Notes under the pieces: generated by a model
The model's database searches: none
What the model was told of the DNA's origin: nothing
Seen by the model: the letters and a program-made list of their open reading frames with translations, nothing else
Shown: piece by piece, positions 1 through 7,465 of the stretch
Numbering within the stretch: position 1 is the stretch's first letter
Layout of the letters: each line of letters begins with the position of its first letter
Assembly: GCA_039679545.1 (NCBI GenBank)
Contig: JBDKUT010000110.1
Location: 1-16,561, forward strand
Direction: 5' to 3'
DNA length: 16,561 bases
DNA from: Thermotogota bacterium
Lineage (GTDB): Bacteria; Bipolaricaulota; Bipolaricaulia; UBA7950; UBA9294
Translations under genes and position numbers: made by a program

Positions 1-715
1 GAATCGCCGGCGTGGCCGGGGTCTGGTTCTTTTGATGGAACTTGTACATATCCGGCAGGTTGAAGTAGTAGCTCCGTGGAGGGACGACCTTCGCGCGCTC
101 GAGCGCCCGCTCGCTTACGGCAGCCACAGCGAGGCCGGGGGGAAGCGCGAACGCCTTCTGAACGCCAGCCAGGACGTAGTCGATACCCCATGCGTCGGTG
201 TCAATCTTCGCGCCCGCCATGCCGCTAACGGCGTCCACCAAGAGGAAGACATCGCGGTGCTGTCGCACGACCTCGGCAATCGCCTCGAGCGGGTTCATCA
301 TCCCCGTTGAGGTCTCGTTGAACACGAGGGTCACGGCGTCGTACTTCCCGGTCGCAAGCTGCTCGTCGACCATGGAGGGCTTGATCGCCGTGTCCCAAGG
401 GATCGCGAACTCGTCGCACGGAACTCCGTTCCCTTTCGTGATCTCATGCCACCGGTGCGAGAACGCCCCGTTCACCAGGTTCAGGCAGCGCTTGGCGACC
501 AAGTTCGTGACCCCGGCCTCCATCGCCCCCGTGGACGAAGACGTGAACAGGAGTACGGGGTTCTTCGTGTAGAGAACCTGCTGAAGCTTCGGCTGGATCG
601 CCGCGTACAGTTCGGAGAACTCCGGCGATCGATGGTGGATCTGCGGTGTCGCCAACTCCTTGAGGATCTCCGGACGCACTTGGGTCGGTCCCGGCGTAAA
701 CAGACGCTTGAACAT
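1..715 (-). CDS. Class V PLP-dependent aminotransferase (alanine-glyoxylate / serine-pyruvate aminotransferase family), 3' end runs off the window
   Basis: Absent from the ORF track because it has no stop in the window. Manual translation: MFKRLFTPGPTQV...HHRSPEF...SSSTGAMEA...NGAFSHRW...FNETSTG...VDAVSG...GVQKAFALPPG (PLP lysine motif). GGAGG lies 5 nt upstream of ATG at 715; an alternative in-frame ATG is at 718. Confidence 0.92.
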   Translation of the reverse strand, partial: MFKRLFTPGPTQVRPEILKELATPQIHHRSPEFSELYAAIQPKLQQVLYTKNPVLLFTSSSTGAMEAGVTNLVAKRCLNLVNGAFSHRWHEITKGNGVPCDEFAIPWDTAIKPSMVDEQLATGKYDAVTLVFNETSTGMMNPLEAIAEVVRQHRDVFLLVDAVSGMAGAKIDTDAWGIDYVLAGVQKAFALPPGLAVAAVSERALERAKVVPPRSYYFNLPDMYKFHQKNQTPATPAI

Positions 716-751
716 CATCGCCTCCCTGCCACGTCATTGGACGGCGCTTCG

Positions 752-780
752 AGGATACCCTTGTCCGCTCTGGACCGCAA
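752..780 (-). promoter_or_regulatory. Putative sigma70 promoter for the aminotransferase
   Basis: Minus strand TTGCGG (780-775), 17 bp spacer, TATCCT (757-752). Confidence 0.55.
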
Positions 781-816
781 GAACGCGAGATCTCGCCCGC
801 TCGACATCTCCGCGCC

Positions 817-845
817 TTGGCGTCCTCGCTGGCCCCGACTAGAAT
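817..845 (+). promoter_or_regulatory. Putative sigma70 promoter for lemA-DUF2207
   Basis: TTGGCG (817-822), 17 bp spacer, TAGAAT (840-845); strong SD AAGGAGG before ATG 871. Confidence 0.6.
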
Positions 846-870
846 CAATGTGAGAATCTAAGGAGGAGAG

Positions 871-1428
871 ATGAGTCCCGTCTTGATCGGCATCCTGGCC
901 GCCGTGGTCATCATCGTGCTGTGGGCCAGTGGAGTTTACAACCGCCTTGTGCGCCTTCGAGTGCAGGGCGAGGAGTCGTGGCGCGACATCGACACCCAGC
1001 TGAAGCGACGCTGGGACCTCATTCCGAACCTCGTCGAGACGGTCAAGGGGTACGCAACTCACGAGAAGGAAGTGTTCACGAAGGTCACCGAGGCCCGCGC
1101 CCACGCGCAGGCGGCGACGGGGCCGAAGGAGCTGGCCGCCGCAGAGACCCAGTTGCGAAACGCGATGGTCAACCTGTTCGCGGTCGCCGAGGCGTACCCT
1201 CAACTGAAGGCGAACGAGAACTTCCTCCAGCTGCAGGGATCGCTCGAGGAGGTCGAGGACGCCGTCCAGAAGTCCCGCCGGTACTACAACGCCGTCGTCC
1301 GCGACTACAACACGGCACTCCAGGTCTTCCCCGGCAGCCTCGTCGCGAGCCTGTTCGGGTTCAAGCCGCGCGAGTTCTACATGCTCGAGGACGCGGAGCA
1401 GCGCGAAGCGCCGAAGGTCAAGTTCTGA
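871..1428 (+). CDS. lemA: LemA family protein
   Basis: N-terminal TM helix, then YNRLV, IDTQLKRRWDLIPNLVETVKGYATHE, AEAYPQLKANENF, RRYYN and FP motifs typical of LemA; 185 aa. Confidence 0.95.
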   Translation: MSPVLIGILAAVVIIVLWASGVYNRLVRLRVQGEESWRDIDTQLKRRWDLIPNLVETVKGYATHEKEVFTKVTEARAHAQAATGPKELAAAETQLRNAMVNLFAVAEAYPQLKANENFLQLQGSLEEVEDAVQKSRRYYNAVVRDYNTALQVFPGSLVASLFGFKPREFYMLEDAEQREAPKVKF

Positions 1429-3176
1429 TGCGCGCTCTCGCCGCCGCCCTGTGTCTTGTTGTCGCGGTCGGAGTCTGCGCCGGGGCAACCCTCTACATCG
1501 ATAGCTTCGACGCCGCGGTCAACCTGACGTCGACGGGCGACCTCGACGTAGTCGAGACCCTGAGGGCGGTCTTCGTGACTCCCCACCATGGAATCGAACG
1601 ATACATTCCGGTCTCAGAGAGGACCCGCCTCGGCAAGCGTGTGACGATCGACCTCCGCGTCGGCGAAGTGACGATGGACGGCGAGCCGGTCCCCGTCGAA
1701 ACTCGACGCTCGGGAACGCGCGAGTACGTTCGAATCGGGGACCCAGACCGCGCCATCATCGGAACCCACGTCTATCGAATCGCGTACACCGCCCGCCGCG
1801 CACTTCTCTTCCACGACGACTACCTTCAACTCTACTGGAACGTCACCGGCAATGACTGGGAGATCCCCATCCGACGTACGACGGCGGTGTTCGCTCTGCC
1901 CTCCGGGACACCTATTGAGAACGTGAGCACGGCGAGTTACGTGGGGCCGAAGGAGAGCACGGCGCTCGGGCAACCTGCCACGGTCGACTCCGCCGGTCGA
2001 TTCGTCTTCACGACCGGAACCCTCAACCCAGGTTCCGGGCTGACGATCGACGTTTCCATCCCTCGAGGCTTGCTTCCCATTACGCCGCCGACGTTCGCCG
2101 AGAAACTCGGACGTTTCCTCTGGGACAACAAGCTCGCCGCGCTCCCGATTGCGACCTTGGTGTTCATGATCGTCCTCTGGTACCGCATCGGGAAGGACCC
2201 TCGAAAGGGCGTGATCGCTCCTGCCTTCGAGCCCCCTTCCGACCTCGGGCCCGGAGCCGCTGGCGTGCTCGTCGACGATCGGATGGACCTGCGCGACGTC
2301 TCGGCGATGGTGATCGGCCTCGCCGTCGGCGGCTACCTCACGATCCGCGAGGAGTCGCCCGAGGCCGAGTCGCTTGCCGAGAAGGCCCGTGCCTGGGTCG
2401 GCGGCTCGTCGACGAAGTACACGTTCGTCCGCGGGCGGCGCTCGCCCGACGACCTGTCCGCGGCGGAGAGAGCGCTCTACGAGGCGATCTTCCCAAGCTC
2501 GGAAGCGAAGGAGACGTCGCTCGACTCGCTCGAGAACCGGTTCTACAAACACCTGCCGACCATCCGCATGCGTCTGTTCGACGAACTGATCGGAAAGAAG
2601 CTCTACGCAAGGAATCCGGAGAGGGTGCGGGCGTCGTACGCCGGATGGGCGGGAGCCCTCGTCGCCGCGGGGGTCGGCCTGGGGGTTATGTACGCTTCCG
2701 TCTACACGGGAGCCGCCCTCGCCCTCTCGGGGCTCGTCGTCCTCGCCTTCTCGCCGATCATGCCGCGCAAGACGGTCAAGGGGACGGAAGCTCTCGCAGA
2801 GGTTCTTGGGCTTTCGGAGTACATCCATCGCGCCGAGGTCGACCGAATCGAGTTCACCGACGCGCCCGCGAAGAACCCCGAGCGGTTCGAGAAGCTCCTC
2901 CCGTACGCCGTTGCCCTCGGACTCACGTCGATCTGGGTACGCCAGTTCGAGGGGCTCCTCCGCGAACCGCCGCAGTGGTATTCGGGCGGGCCGACGTTCA
3001 ACGGCCACCTGTTTGGCCTGTCGCTCGGCCGCCTCGCCATGGGGATGCAGAGCACGTTCGTCTCGATGCCGCGAACAGCTCCGACGACCGGACGCTCGGC
3101 GTGGGGCGGCCACTCCACGTTTGGCGGCGGCTTCTCCGGCGGGGGATTCGGCGGCGGCGGCGGACGCGGTTGGTAG
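1428..3176 (+). CDS. DUF2207-type predicted membrane protein
   Basis: ATG 1428 overlaps the lemA stop (TGATG). Signal peptide, LYWNVTGNDW motif, TM helices, FEKLLPYAVALG, Gly-rich C-terminus GGGFSGGGFGGGGGRGW; this family commonly accompanies lemA. 582 aa. Confidence 0.88.
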   Translation: MRALAAALCLVVAVGVCAGATLYIDSFDAAVNLTSTGDLDVVETLRAVFVTPHHGIERYIPVSERTRLGKRVTIDLRVGEVTMDGEPVPVETRRSGTREYVRIGDPDRAIIGTHVYRIAYTARRALLFHDDYLQLYWNVTGNDWEIPIRRTTAVFALPSGTPIENVSTASYVGPKESTALGQPATVDSAGRFVFTTGTLNPGSGLTIDVSIPRGLLPITPPTFAEKLGRFLWDNKLAALPIATLVFMIVLWYRIGKDPRKGVIAPAFEPPSDLGPGAAGVLVDDRMDLRDVSAMVIGLAVGGYLTIREESPEAESLAEKARAWVGGSSTKYTFVRGRRSPDDLSAAERALYEAIFPSSEAKETSLDSLENRFYKHLPTIRMRLFDELIGKKLYARNPERVRASYAGWAGALVAAGVGLGVMYASVYTGAALALSGLVVLAFSPIMPRKTVKGTEALAEVLGLSEYIHRAEVDRIEFTDAPAKNPERFEKLLPYAVALGLTSIWVRQFEGLLREPPQWYSGGPTFNGHLFGLSLGRLAMGMQSTFVSMPRTAPTTGRSAWGGHSTFGGGFSGGGFGGGGGRGW

Positions 3177-3184
3177 TCGCCGCG

Positions 3185-3218
3185 CATTCACACAACGTTC
3201 ACACCCACCCTGTACGAT
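3185..3218 (+). promoter_or_regulatory. Putative activator-dependent promoter: 11-bp-period direct repeat in place of -35, then -10 TACGAT
   Basis: CATTCAC-ACAA-CGTTCAC (3185-3202), 10 bp gap, TACGAT (3213-3218). Confidence 0.4.
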
Positions 3219-3248
3219 GCGCCTACGAAAGGGGGACGGGCTCACCTC

Positions 3249-3848
3249 ATGAAACTGCGTTTTCTGCTTCCCGCCGTAGCATTCGTCGTGCTCGTGTTGT
3301 TCACCGGGACCGCCAGCGCCTACGACTTGCCGGTCGGGGCAGTCTGTTGGAGCTCAAGCCGCCCGCTGTCCTGGAGCGACTTTCGTGGCCCCGTGCCCAC
3401 GAACGTGGCCAGTCTGACGGACGCGGCCGCCATCCACATGACGATCTCCTGGCCGTACCAGTACACCGTTCAGTGCGGAACGTCGCCTGAGTTGGTCACG
3501 GTAACCTCCATCTCCGTGTTCAACTTCATGGATCCCTCTCGCTCCTGGGCCTACGGCCCGCGGATGACGGCAGAGACGCTGAAGCACGAACAGACCCACT
3601 TCAACTTGAACGAGGTCTACCGCCGCAAGCTCGAGACCGCTCTGTGCAGGCTCCTGCCGATTCCGCAAACCACGAAGGAGGCCCTGCGCCAGCTTCTGCA
3701 CTGCACGGCGGACCCGATCCTCGACCGCATGCTCACGGTGCAAAGCCAGTACGACCGAGAGACCGACCATAGCAACAACTCCGCCGCGCAGGCGGAGTGG
3801 GATCGCAAAGTCCTGGGATGGCTCGCGAACCCATCGCTGGCACCGTAG
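3249..3848 (+). CDS. Secreted DUF922-like protein, putative Zn-dependent peptidase
   Basis: Signal peptide (MKLRFLL...ASA), LSWSDFRG motif, LKHEQTHF HExxH motif with downstream E, YDRETDH near the C-terminus; 199 aa. Confidence 0.72.
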   Translation: MKLRFLLPAVAFVVLVLFTGTASAYDLPVGAVCWSSSRPLSWSDFRGPVPTNVASLTDAAAIHMTISWPYQYTVQCGTSPELVTVTSISVFNFMDPSRSWAYGPRMTAETLKHEQTHFNLNEVYRRKLETALCRLLPIPQTTKEALRQLLHCTADPILDRMLTVQSQYDRETDHSNNSAAQAEWDRKVLGWLANPSLAP

Positions 3849-3891
3849 ACGCGGACCCTTCGCATCAGGCAACGGGCCAGGACAAACCTAT

Positions 3892-3911
3892 CGCTCAGGC
3901 GGAACTGAGCG
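3892..3911. terminator. Hairpin between the convergent DUF922-like and hypF genes, possible terminator
   Basis: Perfect 7-bp stem CGCTCAG / CTGAGCG with loop GCGGAA; no U-tract on either strand. Confidence 0.35.
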
Positions 3912-3921
3912 CCTCGCAACC

Positions 3922-6234
3922 CTAGTCCACGGCCTTGTTGTCGCTCTTGCCGGCTGCTGCATCGGGTTCGCCCGCAACGAGCAGGCGCCACCCAAGCCCG
4001 GCCGCCACGGCCTGGCCGAACGCCACGCCCCCATCGCCGCACGGTGTCCACTCGTTCGTTCGGAACGTAAGCCCCGCCCCTTCCACCGCCGTACGTACTT
4101 CGGAAGCAATCGCGTCGTTCACGGCGACTCCCCCCGACAGACAGACGGTGCGAATCCCGCGTCCCTCCGCGACCGCAACCGCCGCCGCCGCCATGCCTCG
4201 CGCCAGGGCACTTTGGGCCGTCGCCGCGACGCGCTCGGCCGGCTCGGTGTAGGACGCTTCGACCAGCGCACGAAAGACGGGGATGAGATCGATCACGTAC
4301 TGGGACCCCGACCGGCGAACGGGCACGTCGAGACCGAGCGGCTTCCCACGGGCCGCGAGCGCCTCGAGCCTCATCGCCGGTTCTCCTTCGTACGTTCGCT
4401 CCCGGCAGGCACCAAGCCACGCCGCAATCCCGTCGAGGAAACGGCCCGCGCTCGTGGTGCGCGGCGCATTCACTCTGCTCTCCCACTGCCGCAAAACCAC
4501 CGCGGCGGCCTCCGACGATAGACCGCGTTCGCGTAACGCAGCTTCGATCTTTGCGAGATCGCCGCCGCCCTCTGCGAGGTAGGCGGCGGCCACACGCAGC
4601 GGGAACCGCGTTGCGAGATCGCCGCCTGGGAGGCGCACCGGACGAAGTGAGCCCGCCCGCTCGACCGTCCCGTCGCTCGTCGCGAGGATCTCGCCTCCCC
4701 ATGCCGAACCGTCAGCCCCGTACCCGTAGCCATCGAGGACGATGCCGACGGCCTCCTCCAGGTGGTGCTCGGCCATCACCGAGGCGACGTGCGCCACGTG
4801 GTGCTGGACGCGGACGGCTCTGCCGCCCGACGCAAGCGTCATCTTCTCGGCAAGCGCCGTCGTGAGGAACCGCGGATGGGCGTCGCACGCGACGATTCGC
4901 GGAGCGCCAACGCCGAGCAGCCGCTGCATGTGCTCGACGGCCTCCTCCAGGAAGCCGTACGTTTCGAGGTTGTCGACCGATCCGATGTGCTGCGACATCG
5001 TCAGCCCGACCGCGTCGTACAGGGCGAACGTGAGGCCCGTCTCGGGTCCGAGGGCGAGGATCGGTTCTGCACCGAGGTCGATGGGGAAGCGGGCCGGCGT
5101 GTACCCGCGCGATCGACGGAGAAAGACGGTCCTTCCGCCCGCCCGACGCACGACCGAGTCGTCACAGCGAGCGACAATCCGCCGGTTGTGGGTCAGCCGG
5201 TGGTCGGCAATCCCGGCGGACTTGCGGGCGATCTCCTCGTCCTCGATCCACATCGGGCGCCCCGGACGATTCGCGCTCGTCATCACGAGGGGTCCCCGGA
5301 GGCGCTCGAAGAGGAGCGCGTGAAGCGCCGTGTAGGGGAGCATGACGCCGACCGTGTGGAGGCCGGGCGCCACCGCCTCGGGAAGCGCGCCGTCCCGCTG
5401 CCGTACGGCGACGATCGGTCGCTCCGGCCGCCGCAGGAGTTCCCACTCCCTCTCGTCGGGAACGGCGAACGAAGGCACCATCGCTTCGCTCGCCATGACA
5501 GCGAACGGTTGCCCTCCGCGACCGAGCCGTCGCCTCAGGAGCTCCACTGCGCCGGCTTCCGTCGCATCGCAGGCGAGGTGTGTTCCTCCGAGTCCCTTGA
5601 TCGCCATGATCTTCCCGTTCGCGAGGGCCATCGCCGCGCGACCGATCGGCTCGTCTCCCGAGCCGTCGAAGGAGAGGCGCGGCCCGCAAGCCGGGCAGGC
5701 CGTGGACTCCGCGTGGTACCGCCGGTTCGCGGGGTCGAGGTACTCGGCCTCGCAGGCGGGGCACAGCGGGAAGTCCCGCATCGCGGTGCGCGGGCGGTCG
5801 TAGGGAAGTCCCTCGATGATCGTGAATCGAGGTCCGCAATCGGTGCAGCTCGTCGCCCAGTACCCGCTGTATCGCGTCGCGCCTCGCACCTCGCCCATAC
5901 ACGCCGGGCAGATCGCCGTGTCCGGCGGGATCGTGCCGCTCGCTCTCCCCTCACCCTGCGAAGGTGAGATCGTGAAACGCCGCTCCCCAACCGAAACGAC
6001 GTCTTCCACCGAGACGCCGTGCACCGACGCGAGCGGAGGCACGTCGCGCCGGAGCGCAACAAGGAAGGCGTCGACCGACGACGCTTCGCCTTCCACGAAG
6101 ATCTCGACGCCCGAGTCGCCGCGGTTGCACACGGTCCCGCCGAGTCCGAGAGCCACGGCGGTGCGGTACACGAACGGGCGGAACCCGACGCCCTGGACGA
6201 CCCCACGGACAAGGATCCGACGGCGCACGGTCAT
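3922..6234 (-). CDS. hypF: Carbamoyltransferase HypF ([NiFe]-hydrogenase maturation)
   Basis: Start ATG 6234, 4 nt after the hypA stop. Acylphosphatase-like GVVQGVGFRPFVY, zinc fingers CPAC/CTDCGPR and CPAC/CPACGP, YrdC-like KGLGG and MTSAN, RRSRGY, Kae1-like QHHVAH, DGYGYG..WGGE, GDGGVAFGQ; 770 aa. Confidence 0.96.
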   Translation of the reverse strand: MTVRRRILVRGVVQGVGFRPFVYRTAVALGLGGTVCNRGDSGVEIFVEGEASSVDAFLVALRRDVPPLASVHGVSVEDVVSVGERRFTISPSQGEGRASGTIPPDTAICPACMGEVRGATRYSGYWATSCTDCGPRFTIIEGLPYDRPRTAMRDFPLCPACEAEYLDPANRRYHAESTACPACGPRLSFDGSGDEPIGRAAMALANGKIMAIKGLGGTHLACDATEAGAVELLRRRLGRGGQPFAVMASEAMVPSFAVPDEREWELLRRPERPIVAVRQRDGALPEAVAPGLHTVGVMLPYTALHALLFERLRGPLVMTSANRPGRPMWIEDEEIARKSAGIADHRLTHNRRIVARCDDSVVRRAGGRTVFLRRSRGYTPARFPIDLGAEPILALGPETGLTFALYDAVGLTMSQHIGSVDNLETYGFLEEAVEHMQRLLGVGAPRIVACDAHPRFLTTALAEKMTLASGGRAVRVQHHVAHVASVMAEHHLEEAVGIVLDGYGYGADGSAWGGEILATSDGTVERAGSLRPVRLPGGDLATRFPLRVAAAYLAEGGGDLAKIEAALRERGLSSEAAAVVLRQWESRVNAPRTTSAGRFLDGIAAWLGACRERTYEGEPAMRLEALAARGKPLGLDVPVRRSGSQYVIDLIPVFRALVEASYTEPAERVAATAQSALARGMAAAAVAVAEGRGIRTVCLSGGVAVNDAIASEVRTAVEGAGLTFRTNEWTPCGDGGVAFGQAVAAGLGWRLLVAGEPDAAAGKSDNKAVD

Positions 6235-6238
6235 CGGC

Positions 6239-6625
6239 TCACCCGTCGGCCGGCGAATCGTCGGACAGCGTGACGTGGTCGACGTAGAGCTCGCGTCCGG
6301 CATCCACATGGACATCCGCGCCGCACTGCGGGCAGGAGAGAACAGGAATGGAGAAGTGGTCGTCCTCGCCGCCGAACCGTCCTGCGGGTCCGTGGTATCC
6401 GCACGTAGTGCACGACACGACGGTCGCCACGGTCTCAAGAACGAGGTCCGCACCTTCGAGTCGGGTCCCTCGCGCCAGGATCTCGAAGGCGTTCGCAAGC
6501 GCATGATCAGAGAGGATGCGAAGTTCTCCCTTTCGGACCACGACTGTCCGCACCCGCCCGGGATGTTCGGCGAGCCTCGGCACGAGCGCGCCGATCAGCT
6601 CGTCTACCACTGCGTACTCATGCAT
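6239..6625 (-). CDS. hypA: Hydrogenase maturation nickel metallochaperone HypA
   Basis: N-terminal MHE Ni motif, two CxxC Zn motifs (CTTC, CPQC), C-terminal GRELYV; 128 aa. Confidence 0.95.
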   Translation of the reverse strand: MHEYAVVDELIGALVPRLAEHPGRVRTVVVRKGELRILSDHALANAFEILARGTRLEGADLVLETVATVVSCTTCGYHGPAGRFGGEDDHFSIPVLSCPQCGADVHVDAGRELYVDHVTLSDDSPADG

Positions 6626-7269
6626 CCAAGTCCCAGGGCGTTGAGCAGCTCGTCGAGGCCTTCCCCTCGTCGCAACGAGGTCAGGAACAACTTGCCGTGA
6701 GGGTTCACCGCCGAGTAGTCGTCGACGATCCGCTTCGGGTCGACTCCGACGGCCACCGCCAGGTCCACCTTGTTGACGACCACGAAGTCCGTCTGGGCGA
6801 AGATCTTCGGGTGCTTGCGCACCATGTCGTCCCCCTCCGTGACCGAGATCACGACGACTTCGGCGTCTGCACCGAGCGGAAAGTCGGCGGGGCAGATCAG
6901 GTTCCCGACGTTCTCGATGAAGAGCACATCGACATCGTCGAGCGGGAGTGCGTCCAGCGCGTGATCCACCGTGTGCGCGTCCAAGTGACAGTCGTCCTGC
7001 GTGTTGACGTTGACGGACTTCGCCCCCCGCGCCACGAAGCGACGGTGGTCGTCGTCTCCGGCGGAGTCCGCTGCGATCGTGGCCACGCAGAGTCCTTGGC
7101 CCTGAAGCCGGTCGATCGCCTGCTCGACGAGTGTCGTCTTGCCGCTGCCGATGGCTCCGAGCACGCTGATCGAACGAACGTGCTTCTCCCTGAGCCTCCG
7201 GTAGTTGGCCTCGGCCAGCTCAAGTTGGCGTGCCAGGATGTCCTCACCCGTGAAACGGACGTCGTGCAT
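6604..7269 (-). CDS. hypB: Hydrogenase nickel incorporation GTPase HypB
   Basis: ATG 7269 follows a G-rich SD. P-loop GAIGSGKT, metal site CHLDAH, ENVGNLICPADF, SVTEGDD, NKVD; 221 aa; overlaps the hypA start by 22 nt. Confidence 0.95.
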   Translation of the reverse strand: MHDVRFTGEDILARQLELAEANYRRLREKHVRSISVLGAIGSGKTTLVEQAIDRLQGQGLCVATIAADSAGDDDHRRFVARGAKSVNVNTQDDCHLDAHTVDHALDALPLDDVDVLFIENVGNLICPADFPLGADAEVVVISVTEGDDMVRKHPKIFAQTDFVVVNKVDLAVAVGVDPKRIVDDYSAVNPHGKLFLTSLRRGEGLDELLNALGLGCMSTQW

Positions 7270-7292
7270 GCCGCCCCCCTCTCTGCAAACGA

Positions 7293-7321
7293 ATGATAGG
7301 GCGATTGCGAACCTTCCGCAA
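7293..7321 (-). promoter_or_regulatory. Putative sigma70 promoter for hypBAF, overlapped by an inverted repeat
   Basis: Minus strand TTGCGG (7321-7316), 17 bp spacer, TATCAT (7298-7293); inverted repeat TTGCG-N7-CGCAA at 7305-7321. Confidence 0.55.
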
Positions 7322-7342
7322 ACGCCTCCAATCCCGGCACAG

Positions 7343-7371
7343 TCGACTTTTCCGCCGTTCCCACGTATGAT
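7343..7371 (+). promoter_or_regulatory. Putative sigma70 promoter for the DUF1573-rhodanese gene
   Basis: TCGACT (7343-7348), 17 bp spacer, TATGAT (7366-7371). Confidence 0.55.
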
Positions 7372-7465
7372 CGATCTCCGACACCGAGGGCCCGTCGGTG
7401 GGTAGGTTCGGTATCGACGATCGGCCCGACGAGTTGACCCGGTCTTCGATGGAAAGGAGACACGA

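Noticed and set aside
755..784. SigB/SigF-like promoter (minus-strand GGGTAT) upstream of the aminotransferase
   Set aside because: No GTTT-type -35 at a suitable spacing; the same bases fit TTGCGG-17-TATCCT better.
921..1427. N-terminal extension of the 751-aa ORF 921..3176
   Set aside because: It overlaps lemA out of frame and is Arg/Pro/Gly-rich. The real start is ATG 1428, which is followed by a signal peptide.
3103..3173. GGC-rich tandem repeat
   Set aside because: It encodes the normal Gly-rich C-terminal tail of the DUF2207-type protein.
6235..6504. N-terminal extension of the 860-aa HypF ORF, suggesting a fusion or frameshift with hypA
   Set aside because: It is an open frame overlapping hypA. 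HypA has its own stop, and HypF homology begins at ATG 6234.
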